In this document: positions 11,063-23,695 of the stretch, one piece after another
Numbering within the stretch: position 1 is the stretch's first letter
How the letters are laid out: each line of letters starts with the position of its first letter
Origin: Octopus sinensis
Taxonomy: Eukaryota
NCBI RefSeq assembly: GCF_006345805.1
Contig: NC_042999.1
Location: 154,380,001 to 154,444,000 of the forward strand
Direction of reading: 5' to 3'
Length of the DNA stretch: 64,000 bases
Notes under the pieces: model-generated
The model's input: the letters and a program-made list of their open reading frames with translations, nothing else
The model's database searches: none
Told to the model about the DNA's origin: nothing
Position numbers and translations under genes: made by a program

Positions 11063-12705
11063 TAGAATGATTGTAGAGAATTGCCGGAGCAACAAGAACT
11101 TAAGTATGGCATGGATAGACTACAGGAAAGCGTTTGATAGTGTCACACATAATTGGCTACTCAAGGCTCTTGAGATATATATGATCTCTGCTGTCCTCTC
11201 TAAATTCTTACAAAGTAGCATGGCCAAGTGGAATACACGTCTCTTTCTACACCATAGTAATGGGATGAACGAGGCATCTTTCAAAGTGTGACACCTTCTC
11301 CCCATTATTCTGTTGTATGGCTCTGATCCCACTCTCAAACGAACTGAGTAACACCAGATATGGGTTCAAAATGTATAATATTATAGTAAACCATCTGTTT
11401 TATATGGACGATCTGAAGCTGTTTGCTAGAAATGATAAAGAGCTAGTGGGATTGTTAACAATTGTTAAAGAGTTCAGCAATAAGATCAGGATGGATTTTG
11501 GGCCTTGATAAGTATGTTAAGCAACTTTTGTAAGAGGCAAGCTCAGGCAAACAGCTTCCATTAACATCAAGGAGCTTGACCCACGAGAAAGGTTACTATC
11601 TGATCACCCCAGTGGATGTGAATGGCATGCCTGTCAGAGGGTGCAGAAAACGAATGCACAGTGAATGGAAGACAATGGAACTGTTCGGAATTACTGAATA
11701 GAGATTATGTGACCAAGCAAGAGCAATACGAATGAGTGAATGGTTAACAGAAATGGAGCTAAAAGAAATTAAAAGAAAGATATTGGGTCATGATGGGCAT
11801 GCGAGAAACGAAAGTGGTCTTGTAGAAGAGATGGACAATTGTTCGCAAGGATATATTACCATGAATTGTGAAAGAATTGAGATCAATGACAACTCAAACA
11901 ATGAAGATCAATTAATAATAGACAGGATTTTAGATCTATTAAATAGAGAAGGGACAGAATTTATGTGCGACGCTAGAAAGGCTAACTAAGTCAAGAGACG
12001 AGTAAATCCAATGATGTACAAAGACACATTGAAGCAAAGAGCATCACACAGACAAATATACAATACTACCGACAACGACAAATGCAGAATGTGTGATGAG
12101 AGGGGTGAAACAGTATAGTACATCGTTAGCGAATACCCGAAATTGGCACAATGCAAATAAAAAAGACGTCATGACAATGGCGCAGGAACGATCCATTGGG
12201 AGCTCTGTGAAAATCACGGCCTACAAAGAGCAAAGACGTTGTATGAGAAAATTTCAAGAGAAACCGAAAATGAGAATTACAAAATCCTGTGGGGTGCAAT
12301 GGTCACCCGACCAGACATCGGAAAACGGACATTGTTGAGGTGAATAAAAAAGAAAGAACATGTATGATAATCGACATAGAATGCCTCGGCGACAACAAGA
12401 CCAATGTGAAAGAAGAAGGGAAAATAAACTATGACGATTTGAAGTGGGAAATGCGAAGTCTGTGGTCAATGAAGAGAGCAGACGTGATGTAAATAGTAAC
12501 TGGTGCATTCGACTACCAGTATGGCTAAAAAAGATTGGTGCAAGTGTGAAGGCAGAACATCTACAAAAATCAGCATTGCTTGGAACTGCAAGAATTCTTC
12601 GCAGGGTTCTTCAAGCCTGACCAGTAAACAAATGTCACCTTAGTCTGCTGACTTTGGACAGCTGACACTTTCCATCATATCCAGCAAAATAAGCTGTGAG
12701 TTTTC
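11063..12705 (+). pseudogene. Decayed R4/Dong-type RLE LINE: RT fragment, misplaced N-terminal fragment, CCHC and RLE domain, 3' UTR
   Basis: AWIDYRKAFDSV and NHLFYMDDLKLFA (RT); CRMC..ETV..IVSE (zinc knuckle); TRPDI..DIVEVNKKERTCMIIDI (RLE); ends at (TAA)n; multiple stops and frameshifts. Confidence 0.9.
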
Positions 12706-12706
12706 A

Positions 12707-12728
12707 TATAATAATAATAATAATAATA

Positions 12729-12791
<63 letters not shown>

Positions 12792-12822
12792 TAATGATAA
12801 TAATAATAAGGATAATAATAAT
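12707..12822. repeat. (TAA)n/(TGA)n microsatellite at the LINE 3' end
   Basis: Direct inspection. Confidence 0.95.
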
Positions 12823-13031
12823 ATTCCCTCAAAATAAATTAAGGAACTTGCATATCTACAGCTTTGGAATACAAACGAACACCTCAAAAAAAAATTGATA
12901 CTTTTAATATCTCCAATTTTGCGTGAACATTTTGTCTTTCCTTCTTCCCTGACTAACAGTATATGATCTATTCACCAACCTGCTACCCAAATTTTCCTTC
13001 AAACATGGTGGTGATGGTGACAATGATGATG

Positions 13032-13091
<60 letters not shown>

Positions 13092-13092
<1 letters not shown>

Positions 13093-13232
13093 GAAAAATA
13101 ATAAAAATTGCTCTACTAGGCACTGCACACATCCTACGCAGAACACTTTCCATACAATAACCATCAGGGCATCACAACAAATCACAGCACGGCAGTGAAG
13201 TGAAAGCACGAATATAAAAAATATACTACTGA
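13092..13232 (+). mobile_element. Very short 5'-truncated Dong-like LINE end inside (TAA)n
   Basis: KIALLGTAHILRRTLSIQ* plus a short UTR, flanked on both sides by (ATA)n (13030-13091 and 13233-13308). Confidence 0.8.
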
Positions 13233-13238
13233 ATAATA

Positions 13239-13308
<70 letters not shown>

Positions 13309-13619
13309 TGCTGCAGCGGCTAATACTAAATACTACTACATTACATTAATACTACAACTACTACTATTATGATAGCACAGGAATCTGAGGCCCAAATACC
13401 ACCCTCCCCACTGCTCCACCTACGCTACTGTTGCTGCTACTGCAACCACTGCTACTACTACATATATAACAATAATATCAGTGATATCAGTGATGATAAT
13501 AATAATGAAAGGAAACGGGTTGAGCCTCCTCCTCCTCATGAACTGATTAATGATACATCTAGTGATGGTGCCACAATAAAAACTCTAGTAACTGCGCAAC
13601 TTGATAATCGCTACCTCAT

Positions 13620-14935
13620 ATGAGTGACAATGAAAACACAAAATATTGTGAATAACGGTGGTAATGAAACTGAAGCCAATAATGGTGACAGTGTTACACC
13701 CGGTAGGCTCAGAGATTCTGGTCTGGCTCCAGCCTAACGATATCCACACACGGCGTAGATAGAGCAAGCAAATTAATGCTGTGGTCATGGAGTGTTACTA
13801 CCTGAGCAGCTCGATAGCTGAAAATGGTGCTCAAATTAGGGGTTACCGACAACGTGTGTATGAACATTGGAGAGAAAATGGATTGTTTCAACTCATGGAA
13901 CAAAGACTATGTGATCAAGCTAGAACAATAAAAAAAAAATTGTTGGTTCACAGAAGTAGAGCTCGAAGCTATCAAAAGACGGGTCATAGAAAATAGCAGC
14001 AGTGATAACAATGAAAATACAGTTCTTACTAATAAGAGTAATCTCATAGCACAGGAAAGAAGCAGTGGTAGTTTATTTGATGAGAGACATATAGATGATC
14101 TAAACGAAGACAATAAAGCTAACGGTGACATGACAGATGAACAAAAGGCAATCTACGACAGAATAAAGGTAAGACTACAGGAGAACGATAGCGACATTAT
14201 TTGTAACCTTAAAAAGGTTGATCGATGGAAATTGAACCAAGAAACAAAAAATGTCAATGAAATTCTGAAATACATCAGAACAAACAACATCACAAAAACA
14301 AATAATTTGATTAAGGTAGCAATGTGGGTGTAGCAGAAGATGTAGGTGTTGATGTCAAGAAAAAGAATCATAATGGGAGTGACAAAAGAAAAGATCCATG
14401 GTGGAAAAGAAGAATTCAGGTAGGGTTAGACATGTTCTCGAAGGAAATCTCTGTGCTAGACCGAAAATAGAAAGGGGAGCTTAAAAGCGAACAAAAATAC
14501 AGGGTGCTGAAAAGGAGGAATAATATTGAAAGAAAGGGCATGAAAGTAATAGTGGAGGAACTGAAGTAGCACCTCGTTGCAAAGAAAGCAAAGATGGTAA
14601 GATACGACCAAAGAATGAAGGGTTACCACCAGAATATGTTAGAGTAGATCAGAAGAGATTCTATAAAGAAATAAATGGAGTGTACAGATGAAAAGTTGAT
14701 ACCAGATAACATTGAAAGTCAAAGGTTTTGGAGTGACATCTGGAGCAAAGACAAGGAGCACAAGAAGGATGCTGAATGGTTGCAAGAACCGGAAACAAAC
14801 AGTAGTCTGTCAAAAACAGGCAGATCTAGTCATTTCAGTTAGGGAAGTGAAGGAAATCAGCAAAAAATGAGCAACTGGAAGACCCGAGACCAGATAAAGT
14901 TCAAGGCAACTGGATCAAAAGATTTGGTGAATGTC
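13620..14935 (+). pseudogene. 5' half of an R4/Dong-type LINE ORF, decayed
   Basis: VVMECYYLS..IRGYRQRVYEHWRENGLFQLMEQRLCDQARTI, DPWWKRRI, DQKRFYKEI; many disruptions. Confidence 0.8.
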
Positions 14936-14944
14936 ATGCATATA

Positions 14945-15105
14945 TTCTTTTTAGTTTCCGTCTCCAAATCCACTCACAAGTGTTTTATCAGCCTGGGGCT
15001 GTAGACAAAGGCATTTGGTCAAGGTGCTGTGCAGTGGGACTGAACCCAAGACATCATGATTGAGAAGCCAACTTCTTAACCACACAGCCACACCTGCACC
15101 TATTA
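14945..15105 (-). mobile_element. SINE S2 head half
   Basis: Reverse complement of the S2 head and CORE-like part. Confidence 0.8.
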
Positions 15106-15509
15106 AGTACGTGTTTTTTAATATTCATATTTTACTTCAATTTTTATTCAACATCTGATTCAATGGCGCCTCTAATAGTTTCTTATCTCACTAATCTATC
15201 TGGTTCCTACAAAGTAATCGGTTCACTGCGTTGTCTTCTATTCTAACATTCTTTGTTGCAGCTGCATTAAGTATGTATTACCTGTTCATTCTTACATTTT
15301 TTCTGCTTTACTTTTTCACATCAGTAGGATCAATACACTCCCTTACTCTCTCTCCATCTCTCTTTCTCTTTCTCTCTCTGTAAGGTATCGATAGATTTTT
15401 CCAATAGATAATTATCTATCTAACACACCCAACGCCTCTTTCTTTCTCATTTCCGTATTTCTGGTCCTCGGCTGCATAATGCTCCTGAAATCGATAATTG
15501 TTGCGAATG

Positions 15510-15563
15510 ATTACTCATGTATGCATGTATGCATGCAAGTATGCATGCAAGTATGCATGCATG

Positions 15564-15595
<32 letters not shown>

Positions 15596-15635
15596 TGTAT
15601 GTATGTATGTATGTATGTATGTGTATGTATATATG

Positions 15636-15667
<32 letters not shown>

Positions 15668-15763
15668 AATATATATTATGTACATAATAATATAACACAA
15701 TATTATATATATATGTTTATATATCTATATATATATTATTTTATAAATGATCTATCTACCTAC

Positions 15764-15832
<69 letters not shown>
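15510..15832. repeat. (TATG)n plus (TA)n microsatellites
   Basis: Direct inspection. Confidence 0.95.
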
Positions 15833-15838
<6 letters not shown>

Positions 15839-16200
15839 ACTGCATTAGTGCCAATGACGCCAACATCACCATCAAGATGTAGGACCATATTCAGCAACAG
15901 GTTAGGATTCAAAGCCCCACAGCTCTTCACAGTAGTCTCCCAAAAGACTTGAGAGACCTGCACGGATCTAGGTCTCTTCAAAACAAAGCTAGATCTAGTC
16001 CTGTTGAGAGTTCCGGATGAGCCTACCTTACAGCAGGAAAAGCGAATGAGAGCAGCAGCGCAAAACTCCCTCATTCACCAAATGCCACGTATCAGAGGAG
16101 ATTTCAAGCATTGAAGATGTAGAAAAAGTAAAGGCGTTGCCACAGGATAGCCGCGGCTCTTGTCCTGAAACTAAGTACAAAGTTAAAGAGTTGGTTTGGC
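15833..16200 (+). mobile_element. CR1/L2-type LINE 3' end
   Basis: With frameshifts it reads ..GFKAPQLF..PKDLRDLHG..FKTKLDLVLLRVPDEPT..RAAAQNSLIHQ, a typical post-RT C-terminus; homologous to 30490-30790. Confidence 0.7.
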
Positions 16201-16259
16201 TTTACAGTGTTTACATATATATAAATATGTGTGTGTGTATGTGTGTGTGTGTGTGTGTC

Positions 16260-16284
<25 letters not shown>

Positions 16285-16294
<10 letters not shown>

Positions 16295-16442
16295 AAAGAT
16301 GTCTACTTTCCAGCCACATGGTTCAGGGTTCAGTCCCACTGCCTGGCATCTTGGGCAGCATCTGCCTTCTATTATAGCCTCGGGTCGACCAAAGCCTTGT
16401 GAGTGGATTTGATACACGGAAACTGAAAGAAACTCGTCGTAT
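16285..16442 (+). mobile_element. SINE S2 head fragment
   Basis: GGGTTCAGTCCCACTG..GGCATCTTGGGCA..GAAACTGAAAGAA. Confidence 0.85.
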
Positions 16443-16452
16443 ATATATCTAT

Positions 16453-16521
<69 letters not shown>

Positions 16522-16617
16522 GTATGTACCTATATATACACATACGTACATACACACACAATATATATATATATTTATATACATATACATACATATGCGT
16601 GTGTGTGTATGTATGTA

Positions 16618-17903
16618 TCAGGTTGAGTAAAAAATAAGCAACGTTTTGAACTATGAAGAATTTGTACCGGATTTTTGCAGAGTTTTGAATTTTGTTTCAA
16701 GCATTTTTTGTAATTGTCTGATAATACAGATATTGATTTGCCCAAATGCATCAATATATTAATATTGGTATTTATTTCACCGTTGTTACAATTATCTGAA
16801 ATGGAACTGTCAAAGCGCAGTATTCGAGCAATTTTGCTATTCAACTTCAAAAAAGGACGTAAAGCAACTGAAATTGCTCGCGGTATGAACGAAACGTTTG
16901 GTGAAGAAATGACCATTGTGTGGTCAGCTCTAAAATGGTTTAAACTATTTCGCAGTGGAGAACCTGAGCCTTGAAGCTCGCGAGCTTAGTGGACGCCCAT
17001 CTGTCATCGATGACGGTCAATTTAAGACCGTCATTGAGAAAGATCCACATAAAACCACTCGAGAACTGGCGATCGAATTTCAAGTTAGCCAGAATACTGC
17101 CTGAAACCATTTGCATGCGATCGGAAAATCAAAAAAGCTCGACGAATGGGTTCCACACGATTTGAATAAAAATCAGAAAATGCGCAGATATGAAATTTGC
17201 TCGTCGCTTCTTCTTCTCCGTAACCAGACTGATCCATTTCTAGACCGTATTGTAACTTGCGATGAAAAGTGGATTCTGTACAATAATAAAAAATGCTTTT
17301 CGCAGCGACTGGACCAAAATGAAGCACAGAAAACCTTCCCTAAACCCGAGCTCTTCAAAAAGAAGGTTATGGTAAATGTTTGGTTGTGTGCTGCTGGACT
17401 CATCCACTATAACTTCTTAAAACCTGGAGAAACTATTACTGCAGAAGCATATTGTCATGAAATTGCCAAAATGAACGAAAAACTGCTACTCCTCCATCCC
17501 AGATTGGTCAACAGAAGAGGGCCAATCATTCTTCATGGCAATGCTCGACCACATATTTCACTGATGACGCTCCAGTTGAGGGAACTTAGTTATGAAGTTC
17601 TTCCCCACCCAGCTTATTCCCCAGATCTTTCTCCGACCGACTACCACTTTTTCAAGCACCTAGATGGTTTCCTGCGAGAGAATGAGTTTAAAAAGCAAAC
17701 CGATGCTGAAAGTGCGTTCAAAGAGTTCATAAGCTCCAGAATTCCATATATTTATGTTACCGGAATAAACAAACTTGTAACTCGTTGGCAAAAATGTGTT
17801 GATTGTAAAAGTACTTACTTTGATGAATAAAATTTCCGCATTGTTGAAATATATTATGATGAATTTCACGTTTCAAAACGTTGCTTACTTTTTATATCAT
17901 AGA
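16618..17903 (+). mobile_element. Full-length (~1.29 kb) mariner transposon, inactive
   Basis: TA at 16616-17 and 17904-05; degenerate TIRs sharing AAAAAxTAAGCAACGTTTTGAA. Confidence 0.9.
16801..17830 (+). pseudogene. mariner transposase pseudogene
   Basis: ATG at 16801; motifs WVPHDL, TCDEKW, YSPDLSPTDY; frameshift at ~16961; TGA at 17102-04; second catalytic Asp read as Gly (HGNARPH, GGC at 17537-39). Confidence 0.92.
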
Positions 17904-18217
17904 TATCTATCTATACACACACGCTAGCACGTACTGTTATCTTTCCAGCAACACGATTTAAAGCAGATGTTATAAAAGATATCGACTATGTAATAAGAAT
18001 CAATTATCATAAACCAGTTATTCATGTGTACCAATATTTCATATCAGCTATGAATAGATATCGGGTACCACATACTAGTTACGTATGTGTCTCAGATATC
18101 ACCTACCTGCTACGTATGTATATAAGGTATCAAGCTATCTGTATGCTTGTGCATCTGCGTGCAAATGTGTACGTATATGTTCATAAGAATGTGTACGCGT
18201 TTACCTATCGCTCTGTG

Positions 18218-18261
<44 letters not shown>

Positions 18262-18339
18262 ACACATAGACACGTACACACACTATATATACATGCACAC
18301 TCATATATAGAGATTAAGCGAGCTCATACTGTTTCTTCG

Positions 18340-18382
<43 letters not shown>

Positions 18383-18469
18383 GCGTTTGTGTATATGCAT
18401 GTATGTAAGAGCTCACAGAAAACAAGTGACGTTATGTATGTCTCTTCTATTTTGTAATTATTATAGATC

Positions 18470-19490
18470 TTCCACTGAGGAGGGAGCCGGTTTCCAACAA
18501 AGGTACAGGGCCCCATCTTTGGGATGTAGTTAATAGAGACAAATTCATATTTGGAACTTGAGAATAGTCTTGCATATTTTTACTGTTCCACTCACAGACT
18601 GGACTTGCAATGTACGAATCGACCGGTCGATTTCTCTTTCTGAAAATCCCAGTTTATCCAGATTCTCCTTTAAGCATTTACTAACAAAACCTAGTGCTCC
18701 AATTATTATTGGTATGAATATGAATTCATAGTTTGGATATAGAAGTTGGAAGTTTCGAAGCAGTTGTCCATAGATATCCTCTTTTACTTTCATTTTCAAA
18801 GTGATATTTATATCTGCTGGGCAGCTGACCTCTATGATGGTACATACCTTTGCACCTCTGTACCAAACAACAATTTCCGGCCTGTTATGTTTACATTTGA
18901 CAGAAGTTTTGATAGGAACACTCCACCAGTATTCTTTGAGTTGATGTTTATGAATGTATTCCATAACAAAGATTTTCTAAGTTTATTTCAGGACAGTCTT
19001 TTTGGCGGATGGCATTGTAAATTGTTTTAGCAAAAACATAGTGCCGCATAGGGAGGTCGTACCATGATGACATTTTAGGACAGCTGCCAATCACATGCGT
19101 GATGTCTTCCACAGAAACATGACATAGCCTACAGATGCAGTTACATGTGTAGGCTATGTCATGTGTAGGTCACTGTCTCTCTTGTTCACCAGGTACTCTG
19201 TGGCAATCTTCTGTTCCTGGATCTCAAATGCATAGCCTTCAAAGTGTGATGTGATGAAGTGATCTTGTGTCCAAGAGAGGCTGCACTTCGTGTCAATTCT
19301 ACTGTTTTCTTCAAGTTTCCGGGCATGGTCATTTTTTTGTACGCTTTTTTTGTACGCTGAGTGCTTTCCATCCAGTTCTTCTCTAAGGTAAGAGAGCCCG
19401 GCTGTTTTGGGGCCGTATAGAAGATCATCAGGAAGAGAGTGTTTCTTGAGTTCACTGCCAGCTCGTACAATGTTGCTCACTTCACTTTTC
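18470..19490 (-). pseudogene. RLE-type LINE 3' part (CCHC plus RLE), decayed
   Basis: CRLC..EDITHVIGSC; HNRPEIVVW..IIEVSCP..KEDIY..IPIIIGALG; short 3' UTR ending in ATAATAAT. Confidence 0.88.
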
Positions 19491-19674
19491 AGGACTGCAT
19501 TAATATATATATATATATTTGCTGTATGTATGTTTTTGATTAGGGTGTTGATTTGGGAGTCTAACGATTTAAGCTTTACTGTTTCTAAGTCGTTATAATT
19601 ACGCAGCTGGGTTAAATTTTCCTTTCATACATTGGAAAAGAATAAATCCAATTTGTACGGTTGCATTAGCATAC

Positions 19675-19765
19675 CAAACTCTGAGTTCAAATTCCGCCGA
19701 GGTCTACTTTGCTTTTCACCCTTCGGTGTTGATGAAAATAAGTGCCAGTCGAGTACTGGGGGTAG
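19675..19765 (+). mobile_element. SINE S1 body fragment
   Basis: CTGAGTTCAAATTCCGCCGAGGTC..GTACTGGGGG. Confidence 0.75.
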
Positions 19766-19767
19766 TG

Positions 19768-20010
19768 AAGGCGCGTGGCTTAGTGGTTAGAGTGTTCGAC
19801 TCATGATCGTAAGATTGCGGTTTCGATTCTTGGACCGGGCGACGCGTTGTGTTCTTGAGCAATACACTTCATTTCACAAAACACCAGTCTACTCAACTGA
19901 CAAAAATGAGTAAACCTGCGACGGAATAGCGTCCCGTCCAGAAGAGAGATACATGCGCCACAGAAACCGGCAAACCAGCCCTATATGAGTCTCTATGACT
20001 CTGCAAGGAT
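19768..20010 (+). mobile_element. tRNA-derived CORE-like SINE, family C1
   Basis: GAAGGCGCGTGGCTTAGTGGTTAG A-box, GTTTCGATTC B-box, GTGTTCTTGAGCAA core and GCGACGGAxxxGCGTCCCGTCCAG tail; copies at 33655 and 54545-55010. Confidence 0.85.
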
Positions 20011-21961
20011 CCTTATCCTTTATTCTATCCTCTCTAATTGTTGCAGCAATTCACTTATTGAGTTTAATTTCTAGTTATGCAGTGTTGCTTTTCTTGATTT
20101 TGACCAATTACCTATTATCATGTATCAGCATTGAATTTTATAGCGTATATGTCTTTGTTCACTGTAACAAATACATTGGTCTTATCGCTTTTACATGTTA
20201 CAGGTTATTGTTTTTCATATCCTGTAAAACTAGTTTAACATCCGTGTTCAGTGCATTTCTAACTTGTTTATATCTTTCTTTATTACCTTCTCACTTGATT
20301 AAGTCTCGCAGTTTTTCTCTCTTTATTATCATACTGCTTATCTCGTAGATACTCAAGATAGAGTATGCTGGTCATCTAAATTTAATTTTCTTTAGTCAGG
20401 GAGCAAAACTGCCCCTCACAAGACCCTTGAGACTTATGATAGAGAGTGGAGAATATGTATCCTAAAACCTGATTTAAATGCTTGTAACAGAGTGGACTTG
20501 AGTGGACTCATCTAAATGTAACCAAGACACCAGGTGGAAGTTTGTGTCAGGGTCATTGTAAAAAAGTTTTACAAAGCAGAACAGAACAGTGCTTTTTTTA
20601 CAGATCCCTCATGAAATTGAGGATTTGGGGTTCATTTGGTCATTAAGTCTTGAATTTGAAGTATAATGTTTTATATATCAATATCATTACACATTGAGAT
20701 ATAAAATAAACCCTTTTAAGGAGGGAGTCTGGAAGCTACAAATAATAGCATGTGTTATATTGGATTAAAGTAATTATGGGTGGGGAAAATGTCAATGATG
20801 CTGGTTCGTAACCTGTAGGTTTTCTTCAACCTTTTTACCTTATCCAGTGTTCGTTTTTTTTTTTGAAACTATAATATATTTACTCATAATTTGTAGTCTG
20901 TGAATATAGTTAAGATTTCTAAAAATTTACCAAAATTTTCGCTCTATTACTAATGGTAAACGTTGCAATTCTGTATTTGTGTGCTAAACCTTTCAGACAT
21001 TGTAAGATAATTCCACAAGAAAGCATCAATTATAGCCAACCACTTAACTGCATTAAACCGTACATTTAATCTGTAATAGTAAATCAATTAGAATATAAAA
21101 CAGACTTTTCTGAAGTAGGCCTTTTGGCGAATCATCTGTTAGTCATATCAGCCATGCTGGGAATCAGATGAGTATATTTCGAACATATTTCCGTCTCGAT
21201 TCACGTCCGTGCACTCACGAGAGAGCTTCTTCTTTATTTCAAGATCTGACACCCCCGTAGTCGGTTTTCGTTGTTTCGTCACTTCATTAAAGTTTCAAAA
21301 CGAGTTTCCAGTCGGATACCTCCTGATCCAATATAACATCTCTGTCTTGAATTACTTCGATGTAAATATTTTCAGGAGACGACACTTTATCCCAAACAGC
21401 AGACGTTAACACACTAACAAAACATTTTAGATATTTAATACTTCATCCACTTCGTTCCATGTGTTGGCTATTTAGTTAAACTGTAAAAGTTCTTGCAATG
21501 ATTAGTGAATAATAGTAAAGGGAAAGTCATTTTCTTTTTGTGTTTTATAATGTAACACACTCACCGGTAAAATTTCCACTTATTTCTTATTTTTATTTTC
21601 CTAAAATTTTCGTTTTATCTTGCAACCTTTTCAATAGTCTTGACTCTGTCCGTTATTTACACTGCGTTCCCTTTTGTTTGTTTGTGCACATGTGTGGTGG
21701 TTAGTGTGTGTGTGTATGTGTGTGTACCTAAAGGGAAATCTTTGTCAAATTATCTGGGTTCTAACATGCCGTACAGAGGACATCCTACATAATTTTAAAG
21801 TAAAACTTGCATCGTTTATGGCAAAGTATGAACAAATTATAAATCGTTTGAACAGCTCCAAAACGTTATAACTCCTGGGATGCACTCACTTACACATAAA
21901 CTTAAAATATAACAGCTCCACAAGGAAAAAAATTTCTATTGAAAACTGTTTTAGTGTTTTC

Positions 21962-22045
21962 GATTGAATCCCTATGTGATTGAGCCCCTGTGTCATTGAA
22001 CCCCTGTGTCATTGAGCCCCTGTGTCATTGAGCGTCTGTGTGTTC
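21962..22045. repeat. 16-bp minisatellite (ATTGAGCCCCTGTGTC), about 5 units
   Basis: Direct inspection. Confidence 0.85.
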
Positions 22046-22068
22046 ATCCCGTTGTAATGCAGACAATG

Positions 22069-22450
22069 TGGAGGCGCAATGGCCCAGTGGTTAGAGCAGC
22101 GGACTCGCGGTCGTAGGATCGCGGTTTCGATTCCCAGACCGGGCGTTGTGAGTGTTTATTGAGCGAAAACACCTAAAGCTCCACGAGGCTCCGGCAGGGA
22201 TGGTGGTGATCCCTGCTGTACTCTTTCTCCACAACTTTCTCTCACTCTTACTTCCTGTTTCTGTTGTACCTGTATTTCAAAGGGCCGGCCTTGTCACTCT
22301 CTGTGTCACGCTGAATATCCTCGAGAACTACGTTAAGGGTACACGTGTCTGTGGAGTGCTCAGCCACTTACACGTTAATTTCACGAGCAGGCTGTTCCGT
22401 TGATCGGATCAACCGGAACCCTCGTCGTCGTAACCGACGGAGTGCTTCTA
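22069..22450 (+). mobile_element. SINE S3, full length (tail X)
   Basis: tRNA-like head GGAGGCGCAATGGCCCAGTGGTTAGAGCAGCGGACTCGCGGTCGTAGGATCGCGGTTTCGATTCCC, then a non-tRNA body. Confidence 0.93.
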
Positions 22451-22581
22451 CTACTACTAATGCAGACAATGAATTAGAAATCTCGATATAATCAACAGGA
22501 TAGCGCTTTGTTCTTTTAGCTCGAAACCAGAGTCTTAATTTTAAGAAACTTTCTGGAAAAAATTTATGTCCTTTAGGAATA

Positions 22582-22823
22582 CAGTAATTTCTCGACTATC
22601 GCGGGTGTTACGTTCCAAAACCTCCTACAGAAATAATTAAAATCTAAAAAGTATATATATAAATACCTATCGGCCGCAGAAACCCGCGATATACTGAAGA
22701 GTCCGCGACATAAATTTACATATATTAACCAGAAATATCCACGATGTACTGGAGTGCGCGATAGGTGAACCGCGATGTACTGAGTGTGTGATAGGTGAAC
22801 CGCGATATGGCGAGGGATTACTG
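22582..22823. mobile_element. Tigger/pogo-like MITE
   Basis: TA|CAGTAATTTCTCGACTATCGCGG ... CCGCGATATGGCGAGGGATTACTG|TA; internal ~30-bp tandem repeat. Confidence 0.8.
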
Positions 22824-23176
22824 TAGTTTAGATCTGTGGTTCTCAACTATTTTTTCTTTTTGCCTACGGACTCCTTTGATTCATACTTAACTCTGCTGGA
22901 TAATATGTTTAAAAAAAGCAAATTATAGACAGAATAAGTATCAAATCTAAAATAAATACGGGGCGTGATTTATTCGATCAAACACATCGAAGCGGTACTC
23001 CAGCATGGTGCAGTCCAATAACTGAAGCAAGTAAAATATTAAAAGAATGGTAAGTAGGCCACTAACTGAAGCAAGTGAAATATTTTTTAAAAAATGGATA
23101 AGTAGGCCACTTAAATAGGCTTTCCCAGTCTTTGTCTGATATACTTAGCTCTTCGCTATAAAGTGTTACTAATAAG

Positions 23177-23385
23177 GGCGGCGAGCTGGCCGAATCGTTA
23201 GCACGCCGGGCGAAATGCTTAGCAGTATTTCGTCTGCCATTACGTTCTGAGTTGAAATTCCACCGAGGTCGACTTTGCCTTTCCTCCTTTCGGGGTTGAT
23301 TAAATAAGTAGCAGTTACGCTTCATCCACTTGTTCTTGTTTGTCCCCTCTATGTTTAGCCCCCTTGTGGGCAATAAAAAATAAAT
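23177..23385 (+). mobile_element. SINE S1
   Basis: GGCGGCGAGCTGGCCGAATCGTTAGCACGCCGGGCG head plus body. Confidence 0.9.
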
Positions 23386-23695
23386 ATGTTAAAAAAAAAG
23401 ATACTTGCCCAAGATGTCACGCAGTGGGACTGGATCCGAAACCAAGTGAGCTTCTTAACCACGCAGCCATACCTATTGATCTATATTAGATCAAATTATT
23501 GATCTACCGATCAATAATTTCATAATGAATTTTTCACTCCTATATTTTATATCCGAAACTTTTCTGGAGTAAGATTTGAGTTGAGTTTATTTTACTATTA
23601 TTCTGTGCTTTACACATTTCTTGTTATGGCTTAGAGCTACAGCGCTTGCATAGGAAATTCTATGGAAGCCCTACATGTCTTTCTGTCTATTTATG

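Noticed and set aside
21190-21430. Unique, moderately GC-rich segment with short open frames on the minus strand
   Set aside because: The frames are not contiguous, and there are no convincing splice sites or family motifs.
21962-22045. Short direct repeats as a CRISPR array
   Set aside because: The units are head-to-tail with no spacers, there are no cas genes, and the context is eukaryotic; it is a minisatellite.
22069-22141. tRNA-like cloverleaf heads of S3, S1 and C1 as real tRNA genes
   Set aside because: The acceptor stems do not close and each continues into a conserved non-tRNA body and tail, so they are SINE heads.
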